Source: a virus. Taken from it: a stretch of 64,000 bases of DNA. The translations under genes were made by a program, and so were the position numbers. Each line of letters starts with the position of its first letter. Within the stretch, counting starts at the first letter, position 1. Below, one piece after another: positions 55,377 through 62,952 of this stretch. The notes beneath the pieces were generated by a model, which did no database searches, had not been told where the DNA came from, and saw only the letters and a list, made by a program, of their open reading frames with translations. The stretch covers positions 9,055 through 73,054 of IMG/VR virus record IMGVR_UViG_3300011398_000004; one strand, 5' to 3'.

Positions 55377-56227
55377 TCATCCTCCCAATGGTCGAATCGA
55401 GGATGACGAAAATTCATATCTGGCGTTTTCTCTTGAAATTCAATTCGGAGTTTTCTACCGATAGCTGGATGTATTTTATCTGGGATAGCTTCTTTCTCAA
55501 GTTTACGGCATTCCTCGTCATTACGAGTTTTTACTGTAGTTACGACTCCGTTACTATCATCCCGTAGGATGATTGTAGCATATGGCCCTCTGTCATTGAT
55601 TAATCCTCGACTAGGCTGAAAACCAATTACAGTTAGAACGGCAGATTGAAGCTTTTTGATTTTTATCCAATCCTTTGAACGTTTGTGTTGGTAGACAGCA
55701 TTACGTCTCTTTAGAATAAGCCCTTCTCCGTCTCGAGCCCAAACTGCATCTCTAAGAGCATAAACTTCGTCCATTGTATTGACGTTAGTCGAGGGATTTA
55801 ATACGACGGAAGACGTTTTAACCGACTTAAATAGTTCCTCTAGGATCATTCGACGTTCAAATTGCTTCAAGTGAGTAGTCGGTTGATTTGCTATGCTAAT
55901 TACATCGAAAACACAAAAGACGAGATCGGGAAGATTGGTGAGCTCAACTGCACCATAACTACGTTTCCCCTCGACATAGATCTCTCCATCTAAAACGGAC
56001 TCAGGAAATTCGCTTAGATCCTCCATGATATGGGTAGGGAGAGGATGAATTTTCTGTAATCGAGACCACGGTGTAATCTTACGTTTGGTGAAGAGATTCG
56101 AGGAACCAGTCTCGATCTCGCATTCGATACGGATTCCATCTACTTTTTCCTCTGCACTGTATTCACCAGGATTCAGGATAAATCCTGGTTTCATCGGATG
56201 AGCAAGCATTACCTTTTGAAATGCCAT
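55373..56227 (-). CDS. ATP-dependent DNA ligase (minimal, 284 aa)
   Basis: Motif I EEKVDGIRIE (KxDGxR), motif IV DGEGLILK, motif V DWIKIKK. Confidence 0.6.
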   Translation of the reverse strand: MAFQKVMLAHPMKPGFILNPGEYSAEEKVDGIRIECEIETGSSNLFTKRKITPWSRLQKIHPLPTHIMEDLSEFPESVLDGEIYVEGKRSYGAVELTNLPDLVFCVFDVISIANQPTTHLKQFERRMILEELFKSVKTSSVVLNPSTNVNTMDEVYALRDAVWARDGEGLILKRRNAVYQHKRSKDWIKIKKLQSAVLTVIGFQPSRGLINDRGPYATIILRDDSNGVVTTVKTRNDEECRKLEKEAIPDKIHPAIGRKLRIEFQEKTPDMNFRHPRFDHWEDE

Positions 56228-56235
56228 ATAAATTT

Positions 56236-56264
56236 AGTGTAGCACAGTTTGTTAACGATTACAA
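56236..56264 (-). promoter_or_regulatory. conserved early promoter element TTGTAATCGTTAACAAACTGTGCTACACT (family A)
   Basis: -35 TTGTAA, 17-nt spacer, -10 TACACT, upstream of the ligase gene. Confidence 0.4.
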
Positions 56265-56436
56265 CTTCTTAATTTTCTTTTTCTTACGAGGAGCAATATC
56301 AACGCTGAAAGCTATTTCCATCCTAGTCTGATACATAACTGATGCACATGAAGGATGCCTAATATCATCTTTACATCTAGGCCATTGACATTTAAGATAA
56401 GGACAATCAAATCTAACTATCCGTTTTGTCATATAA

Positions 56437-56697
56437 TCATTTATCCATTGATCTTTCTAATTTTCTTCTTTCATAATGAAAATTCAATCTACAACTATCA
56501 TTACAGAATACTTTTGTAGGATCTGTAGTCCAAAACTTCTTTTCACATCTAATACGAACCTTATATATTTTTCCTTCATATAGAACTTCTCGTAAAGGAA
56601 GATACCCAATACATATCTTCATACGATTTCTATACTTATATTTAAATTCTTCTCGCTGTATCTGACCTTTCCCGTGGTATCCCTTTTTCAAGAACAC
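56437..56697 (-). CDS. small basic zinc-ribbon protein
   Basis: ORF track. Confidence 0.35.
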   Translation of the reverse strand: MFLKKGYHGKGQIQREEFKYKYRNRMKICIGYLPLREVLYEGKIYKVRIRCEKKFWTTDPTKVFCNDSCRLNFHYERRKLERSMDK

Positions 56698-56888
56698 GCT
56701 AACCCCCTTTGTTTACAATAGGTTACAGGCGGAGCTTTAAATTTGCCTTATAGGGCCGTAACACGGCAATAGCATAGTATGGGGCTATTGCCGTGTTATA
56801 ACTACCATTTGAATGGCCCTAGAGGGCTGTAAATGCGGTCTAATATGCCCTGTAAAGCGCGGTATGGGCCGCGCTATACCGGCATAAA

Positions 56889-57587
56889 TTACGTGATTTT
56901 CCATACCCTGTCCGTAATTTTCTGGTAAGTTCCTAAGAGCTCCTGATATATCCTCTTGACTAAACGCTTAAGAGGATCATTAATCATCGTCCAGATAAGA
57001 CTCCACGGCCAATACGTAATCCATGATAAGAATCTTGTTTTATGCCTACTGGGATCAGTCTTAGCATGTGTCATATAGACATCCCATCTATCCATATATT
57101 CTGGAGGAATGTTTGTTCCTTTAATACTGTGATGTTCTATAAATCTTTCCTTCGTTAATTGGAATCTATTCGTCTCAGAAAACCACCATTTAACTATAGA
57201 CCAGATAGCACCAATTACAAAATATCCTAAGAAGATTTCAATAGCAATCCATGGATGATCCCATAGATAAGTAAATGGTTTATTTTCACTAAAGAATTCA
57301 AATGATAATAAGATAGCGATTAATAAAATTGTGGAAATACCAAAACCAAAATCATCATCTTCATGATCTAAAGTCCAACATAAAACGCAAGAATATAAGA
57401 ATAAAAGAATCCAGAAAGGGGTAGTCCCTATGACTAATACAGTAGCTAGAATAGCGAATAGAGGAGCACCCCAAGTAATTAATCCTCCGATTATCAAAGC
57501 TAGAACGATTAAAACTAGCATTATTTCTATCATAGTTTCCTTCATATGAAAATAGCCGTGGAACCTACTGCAAGTTCCACGGCTCAA
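56889..57587 (-). CDS. polytopic membrane protein (at least 4 TM), downstream partner of the vault-protein homologue
   Basis: 10-nt gap after the MVP-like gene; multiple hydrophobic helices. Confidence 0.5.
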   Translation of the reverse strand: MSRGTCSRFHGYFHMKETMIEIMLVLIVLALIIGGLITWGAPLFAILATVLVIGTTPFWILLFLYSCVLCWTLDHEDDDFGFGISTILLIAILLSFEFFSENKPFTYLWDHPWIAIEIFLGYFVIGAIWSIVKWWFSETNRFQLTKERFIEHHSIKGTNIPPEYMDRWDVYMTHAKTDPSRHKTRFLSWITYWPWSLIWTMINDPLKRLVKRIYQELLGTYQKITDRVWKIT

Positions 57588-57597
57588 CCGCCCATCT

Positions 57598-60078
57598 TTA
57601 CTGACTAGTGCCAGTAGGCATTCTTGAACGAGTGCCTAACGTCTTCATCACACCCTCGAATGGCGTTCCTCGAAACAATTGTGACAGAACGTCCGCTGTA
57701 CTGACTCCACTCATCGCAGCCATAGGAGCCAGTGCTACTGTCATCTTACCAATCAATTCTTGATCAGCAAATGCAGTAAGAGCAACTGCCAACTTATCAT
57801 CAACTGCCGCAGCTCTCTTGACGATTTCCTCGGTCTCACCGATGATTCGTTTGAGTTCGACATCGACGAGTCGCTGTTTTGCATCGGCTTGTTGCTTCGC
57901 TATCGCTTCTTCTCTAGCGATAGTTTGTGTATTGATCTCATTGAGAACTAACTGCTCAGCTTTTTGCACTTCTAATTTCTGAGAAGTTATTTCTCCATAC
58001 GACTCAACTTCAGCTAACGATGAAGCTGTAACCGCTGCTGTCTTTCTTAATGCTAGTTCACTGGCCTTCTCAAGTGTCTCAGTGATAGCAGTAGCCGATT
58101 CACGTTTGAGCCTCTCGCTTTCCTTCGTGAATTCTAAGTCCCTCTGCTCCTTCGATAATTTCAATGCAGAGGTAAGAGCATCCGTTTGAGCACTCCCCAA
58201 CAATCCGGCTACAGCAGGATTCTTAATAGAAACATCGAGGATTTCGATGTCGTATACGTGCATTCCGTTTTCATCAAATGTTCGACCGGGGCGTTTTCCA
58301 TCGACTGCTATACCTAATGTAGCATCGCGGATGATATCGATGGTATTACCGTAGAAGTCGGTGATGTTCTTCCTCTTTGCGGCATTGCGGATGATCGACC
58401 GCATATGGTCGCATAGGAGTCGAACATAATTCTCGACAGAGAACCACTTTTGATCATCACCTTCGAAGTTCATTCTGTAGGAAGTAGTCAATGTAACTTG
58501 AACTAAATCCTGTGTTTCAACTGTCATCTGATCGGATACCTTGTTGTTACGCACACGTAGGTATACAGTCGGATACAATTTAACATCAGTCTTCGGCGTT
58601 CCTGTTGACAATTCAATAGGAGCTAACGTCTCATCGTATTCGAGGAGGACATTCTCAGGGCCGATGACTACACGACGCTTCCCTGTCTTGTTCACAATTA
58701 GAACAGCGTAGCCTGCCCAAACTGCGATTGAGACGGCACCCTCATATTTGGTATCGAGAGTGATAGTACGTGGTGGTGTAAATTGAGTTCCACGTGCGAA
58801 AGTATCACCAGCGATACTCTTACTCGTAGACTTCATCAGTTTTTGAGCATCCTCCTGCACCATGAAATTGGAATACATGGATGCTGTAATAGGACGCCCA
58901 ACTTCATAGGCGGATGATCCATCACCTTTATTCAGTTCCTCGAGTTCCTTGTTGACTGCAACAACTTTTTCGTTGTTAGGATACCACAAACGAACAGTCT
59001 TCTCAGAAAGAACACGACGAATGATGACTTCCTTGCGTGGGTCGCATAAGAGCATACGTGGCCCACGGACGAGATTCACTTCGCCAGTGTTACGGTCGAG
59101 GACGTAACGACCTTCCCCCGGTGGGATCGCCACAGCGTAATGCTTTGTTTGATCTCCGTAGCGAATGATGCTATGTTCTTCGCGTTGGAAATAGATGGCC
59201 TGTTCAGCTCCAGTGATAAAGAGTTCATCACCGACTTTGTATTGTTTATCACCATCTTTGTAATCCGCAATTACCTTGATGTATAAGCCGCTATTCGCAT
59301 TGAGTTCAATAGCCCTGAACTTTCGGCTACCATCCTTCAATACGAAAGTCTCAGTGGGTTCCGGGAATACGACTGCCGGCCCTTGAACGAATCTCTTGTT
59401 GCCATTCTCGCCGAGGAGAATACAATATTCGAGACGTTCGAGAGTAACAGCTTCACGTACGTAGTTCTTATTCTCATCGGGGACAACTTTAACTCCCGTA
59501 GGAGGAATGAAGAAGGCAACTTCCGTTCCTTTGATAATAATCAATTGCCCGGGAACGAACTTCTTCATCTCGGATAAAGCTACCGGAGTTGGGGTACCGT
59601 CACCATCTTGTGGTTTTACTACGGCTTTCTTCCAGTTTTCACTTGCTTCAGTATCATTATAGACCTGAGCAAGTAAATATTGATTCGAGCGCAAGTGATG
59701 ACCCTGAATGACATTCGCCATCTGACCAGGCCATAATGAGAAATGGATTGGTCCAGGAAGGTTGACCCTATGACCTACCTTCAATGGTATAGAGACGGAC
59801 GAAGCTCCATCCCGTGGGTAACTGTCCGCAGGATTATACAGTGCGATGTAAAATCCTTCAGGAGCGATTGGATTCGTCTGAATTGCTTTATCGGCATCCG
59901 TTCGTGTAAAACGTCTTTCTTTCTTATTCCATACAACTGGTTGATCAGTATTCGACATACTGATCTTGTTAGGTCCAACTATTGTATTCACAAGCCCCTT
60001 CGTTGTGTCTAACACGAAGGCGAACTCACCAGGAGCTAGTACTAAATCTCGATCTCTACCCAAACTATTTTGATCCAT
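57598..60078 (-). CDS. major vault protein (MVP) homologue
   Basis: 826 aa. N-terminal repeat elements FAFVLDTTKGLVNTIVGPN and YCILLGENGNKRFVQGP resemble MVP repeats (YIHVLDQNSNVSRVEVGPK). The segment ETQDLVQVTLTTSYRMNFEGDDQKWFSVENYVRLLCDHMRSIIRNAAKRKNITDFYGNTIDIIRDATLG aligns residue-for-residue in pattern with the MVP shoulder region [25 protein letters not shown]...[47 protein letters not shown]. A C-terminal Ala/Glu/Lys-rich coiled coil resembles the cap-helix. Confidence 0.55.
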   Translation of the reverse strand: MDQNSLGRDRDLVLAPGEFAFVLDTTKGLVNTIVGPNKISMSNTDQPVVWNKKERRFTRTDADKAIQTNPIAPEGFYIALYNPADSYPRDGASSVSIPLKVGHRVNLPGPIHFSLWPGQMANVIQGHHLRSNQYLLAQVYNDTEASENWKKAVVKPQDGDGTPTPVALSEMKKFVPGQLIIIKGTEVAFFIPPTGVKVVPDENKNYVREAVTLERLEYCILLGENGNKRFVQGPAVVFPEPTETFVLKDGSRKFRAIELNANSGLYIKVIADYKDGDKQYKVGDELFITGAEQAIYFQREEHSIIRYGDQTKHYAVAIPPGEGRYVLDRNTGEVNLVRGPRMLLCDPRKEVIIRRVLSEKTVRLWYPNNEKVVAVNKELEELNKGDGSSAYEVGRPITASMYSNFMVQEDAQKLMKSTSKSIAGDTFARGTQFTPPRTITLDTKYEGAVSIAVWAGYAVLIVNKTGKRRVVIGPENVLLEYDETLAPIELSTGTPKTDVKLYPTVYLRVRNNKVSDQMTVETQDLVQVTLTTSYRMNFEGDDQKWFSVENYVRLLCDHMRSIIRNAAKRKNITDFYGNTIDIIRDATLGIAVDGKRPGRTFDENGMHVYDIEILDVSIKNPAVAGLLGSAQTDALTSALKLSKEQRDLEFTKESERLKRESATAITETLEKASELALRKTAAVTASSLAEVESYGEITSQKLEVQKAEQLVLNEINTQTIAREEAIAKQQADAKQRLVDVELKRIIGETEEIVKRAAAVDDKLAVALTAFADQELIGKMTVALAPMAAMSGVSTADVLSQLFRGTPFEGVMKTLGTRSRMPTGTSQ

Positions 60079-60106
60079 TTTATCCTTTCCGTCATTAACG
60101 AAGAAG

Positions 60107-60190
60107 TGCGAAGGGAGGGACTCGAACCCTCATGATCTTACGATCGGGAGATTTTAAGTCTCCTGTGAATGCCAATTCCACCACCTTCGC
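60107..60190 (-). tRNA. tRNA-Leu (anticodon UAA), type II with long variable arm
   Basis: Reverse complement GCGAAGGTGGTGGAATTGGCATTCACAGGAGACTTAAAATCTCCCGATCGTAAGATCATGAGGGTTCGAGTCCCTCCCTTCGCA. 7-bp acceptor stem, 3-bp D-stem, anticodon stem GGAGA/TCTCC with loop CTTAAAA, T-arm GAGGG-TTCGAGT-CCCTC. Confidence 0.8.
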
Positions 60191-60607
60191 TCAATGATTG
60201 ACTTTACCATTACAGCTACGAGAACAAAATATTCCTATCCAAGGTTTACATTTCTTATTTCTAACTTGATGAATAGTTGGATTAAATTCTTTTCTACAAA
60301 ACTCACAAATCCAAATTATCTTAGAAATATCTTCTGTATGATGTTTTCTATGTTCAGGCCTTTTTAAAACTTCAAAATTATTATCTTCATTATTAGCATG
60401 GTTTAAATCTTTATGATGAACTTGTTCATCTATTTCTAAATATCTATTTAATATACATTCCATTCTATATTTAGGATAAGAAACAGTCATCCTTTCAATT
60501 ATCGTACTGTTAATATCTCGCTTAACTAAACAGACATGGAGTCTTCCATCAGGTCTTGAATATGGTCCGTAAACCTCATATTCTTCATACACGATGTTTG
60601 ACTCCAT
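60191..60607 (-). CDS. HNH endonuclease inserted between two tRNA genes
   Basis: HHKDLNHANNEDNNFEVLKRPEHRKHH, plus C-terminal CEFC...CSRSC zinc knuckles. Confidence 0.6.
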   Translation of the reverse strand: MESNIVYEEYEVYGPYSRPDGRLHVCLVKRDINSTIIERMTVSYPKYRMECILNRYLEIDEQVHHKDLNHANNEDNNFEVLKRPEHRKHHTEDISKIIWICEFCRKEFNPTIHQVRNKKCKPWIGIFCSRSCNGKVNH

Positions 60608-60619
60608 GTCTATTCAAAG

Positions 60620-60692
60620 TGGGCCATCTTGGACTTGAACCAAGAACCACTCGATTATGAGCCGAGTGCTCTGACCATTGAGCTAACGGCCC
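60620..60692 (-). tRNA. tRNA-Met/Ile2 (anticodon CAU), elongator type
   Basis: Reverse complement GGGCCGTTAGCTCAATGGTCAGAGCACTCGGCTCATAATCGAGTGGTTCTTGGTTCAAGTCCAAGATGGCCCA; anticodon loop CTCATAA; the anticodon stem lacks the three G-C pairs typical of initiator tRNA. Confidence 0.8.
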
Positions 60693-60694
60693 TT

Positions 60695-60772
60695 GTCGCA
60701 GGTCACTGTTATCGGCATAGTCTCTCTTTGGGGAAAGAGTTTAACCGCCCAACCACGCCAGTGACCTGCGAC
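60695..60772 (-). ncRNA. 78-nt structured element: 14-bp perfect stem enclosing an internal 6-bp/4-nt hairpin
   Basis: GTCGCAGGTCACTG...CAGTGACCTGCGAC, with inner CTCTTT-GGGG-AAAGAG; abuts tRNA-Met. Not foldable as a canonical tRNA. Confidence 0.3.
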
Positions 60773-60778
60773 AAATCA

Positions 60779-61525
60779 TTAGAACGGAACGTCCTCTTCT
60801 TCACCAGCAGTTTCAGGATGACCACGGTCGATCTTGACATCAAGATCCTTCATGGCATCCCACATTTCCTCACCGAGTTTGTAGTCTTCCTCGGTGACCC
60901 AATCCGCATTATCGACGAGATAGACCTTATGCGGCTTGGGCTTCAGTTCGAGACCTGAAGTGATTTGGTATCTGCCAGCGAAGATGGGTTTGTTACGCGT
61001 CGCGATTAACCCATTCAGTGCCTTCGCGACTTTGATACCACTCGACTTGAAGCTGAGTGCAATCATCTCACGACGTGGATGACCTTCCCCAGGAAGAATC
61101 ACTGCGAGGAAATCACGGAAGAGAGTAGCCTTCGGCTTCTCACCATTATCCCCCCACTTGAGACGAGGATCACCCATTGGCACGTTAGGATCACGGACAC
61201 CACCGCTGGCGTTCTCAGTGAGAGGGATGAATTCCATTGCACGAAGGGAATCCTTCCTCAGGATTTGAACATAGACTGGCTGAGGGTAGATCTGCTTTGT
61301 TAACGAGTTGAAGAGATCCCCCGGTTTCATACCGGGGACCATTTTAGGGTCACCCTCGGTCACCTCAGGACTGAGAGCCTGAGCAAGGCCCAAGCGAGGA
61401 ATAAGCATATCCTCCTTGGTAATTGTCTCGAGACCACGACGATCACCTTTCTCCATAAACGATGGAGCAGGTGCTAGTCCTCGTTCCTTTTCGACTTTTG
61501 CGACTTCAGTTTTCTCATTTGCCAT
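60779..61525 (-). CDS. candidate T7 gp2.5-like ssDNA-binding/annealing protein
   Basis: 248 aa in a replication/repair neighbourhood; acidic C-terminal tail ending in Phe (ETAGEEEDVPF), as in the gp2.5 family. Weak inference. Confidence 0.3.
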   Translation of the reverse strand: MANEKTEVAKVEKERGLAPAPSFMEKGDRRGLETITKEDMLIPRLGLAQALSPEVTEGDPKMVPGMKPGDLFNSLTKQIYPQPVYVQILRKDSLRAMEFIPLTENASGGVRDPNVPMGDPRLKWGDNGEKPKATLFRDFLAVILPGEGHPRREMIALSFKSSGIKVAKALNGLIATRNKPIFAGRYQITSGLELKPKPHKVYLVDNADWVTEEDYKLGEEMWDAMKDLDVKIDRGHPETAGEEEDVPF

Positions 61526-61595
61526 CTTCGTTTTCCTTCATTCGATTTACCGGATGAATTGCTGACTTAACCGCCGTTACAGTTAAATCGCTCGA

Positions 61596-61889
61596 CTATT
61601 CGTCTTCTTCCTTATCCTCTTCATCTTCTTCATCCTCTTCATCTTCTTCAAAGATATCTTCCTCTTCATCCTCAACTTCAACTTCAATTTGAGTAACAGT
61701 TACTTTGTCAAGGGTTCTAGGAAGTTCATTAGGACGTAATGTACTGTTATAGAATGTAACCATATCCTCTGCAACTGCCTGAGGATTTTCATGATCCTTA
61801 GTAAACATAGTAGATTCATCTTCTATATAGGTTTCATCCCAAGAACCACTTTCATCATGAACAGTTAATGTGAGTTTGCGTTTTATCAT
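61596..61889 (-). CDS. highly acidic protein (E/D-rich tail)
   Basis: C-terminal EVEVEDEEEDIFEEDEEDEEDEEDKEEDE. Confidence 0.35.
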   Translation of the reverse strand: MIKRKLTLTVHDESGSWDETYIEDESTMFTKDHENPQAVAEDMVTFYNSTLRPNELPRTLDKVTVTQIEVEVEDEEEDIFEEDEEDEEDEEDKEEDE

Positions 61890-62128
61890 AATATCTCCTT
61901 TAAAGAATTCTCACTAGGCCATCTCCCTCGAATATAGCCGCAAGAAAGACAAGTCATGGTCATTCGAGGGTCTGGGTCATTCGGCCATTTCGTGATAGTT
62001 GGCCGCATACGTCTGTGTTCACACAATTTAGGATCTTCATTCCGTTCGATAATATCGAATAATGTTAGTTCATTATTCTGAAGACTTGTTTTCTTCATTG
62101 ATTGTTTCAGTTGTCTCAATAACTTCAA
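61886..62128 (-). CDS. small zinc-ribbon protein
   Basis: CEHRR...CLSCG. Confidence 0.3.
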   Translation of the reverse strand: MKLLRQLKQSMKKTSLQNNELTLFDIIERNEDPKLCEHRRMRPTITKWPNDPDPRMTMTCLSCGYIRGRWPSENSLKEIL

Positions 62129-62285
62129 TCAATTTACGACCTAGTCCAGCGCAAGATCTACAAGTTTGAAGCATAGCCGCAGTCAAATTTCCTTGATTAC
62201 CGTATGCAGATTCTTGTCCTCTACCACCGCATAAAGTACAAATTTCGTAGCGTTCCGTTTTTGTTATTTTAATCATTGTTTCCAT
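62073..62285 (-). CDS. small zinc-ribbon protein
   Basis: CTLCGG...CRSCAG. Confidence 0.3.
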   Translation of the reverse strand: METMIKITKTERYEICTLCGGRGQESAYGNQGNLTAAMLQTCRSCAGLGRKLIEVIETTETINEENKSSE

Positions 62286-62805
62286 ACCATTTAATTTTCG
62301 GTTGGAAATAGACCTTCACTCCATCCGGTGCAGGCTGACCTTTCTCAGCTCTTTCCTTCGCAATGGAATTCATAGTAGAAGGCCATAGCTGTAGTGAAGA
62401 TTCAAGACCATCTTTGATACACCAGAGACGGAATGCTTCCTTATCCTGAACCTTACCTACAGGTTCGAGGAGGACTTGAAGTTTCCGACCATCTGTCAGG
62501 AGTATAGTATTATCAGAAGCTCCATGAGTTCCCCAACCGAATTCGTCATGATCATAGGACTCGTATAGAAGTTGCTCGATTGCTGTGAGTTTCTCTTGAA
62601 TGATCGATAATTCATCTTTCAAGTCCTCCTTTACGCTTCGAACAACAGCATATTCCTTAACTAATGATTCAGGAGTATGCACCGTCTCTGCTTTGATTTT
62701 CTCTTTGATGAGATTAATCTTATCTTGGTATTTAGGATCCTCTGGTGGTAGTTGATCCAATCCACCAATGATATGGTCATATTTGCCGGGTTTCTTCTTA
62801 GCCAA
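62269..62805 (-). CDS. hypothetical protein (TTG start)
   Basis: ORF track; GAGGAG Shine-Dalgarno 8 nt upstream of the TTG start codon. Confidence 0.4.
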   Translation of the reverse strand: MAKKKPGKYDHIIGGLDQLPPEDPKYQDKINLIKEKIKAETVHTPESLVKEYAVVRSVKEDLKDELSIIQEKLTAIEQLLYESYDHDEFGWGTHGASDNTILLTDGRKLQVLLEPVGKVQDKEAFRLWCIKDGLESSLQLWPSTMNSIAKERAEKGQPAPDGVKVYFQPKIKWYGNND

Positions 62806-62952
62806 TCAATGGCTCCTCTCGACGATAAACGATCTGTGTAAAGTTGCCAGAGAATTGCATTGCGATTACATCCCAGTCAGGATGATGTTCGTTGATAAAT
62901 GCAACCGCAGCATGGAAATTACCCTGAAAATTCTCACAGAAATATACATATT

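Noticed and set aside
60695-60772. A third tRNA next to tRNA-Met
   Set aside because: A 14-bp continuous closing stem and a 4-nt inner loop cannot form a cloverleaf, and no anticodon arm geometry fits. Kept only as a structured element.
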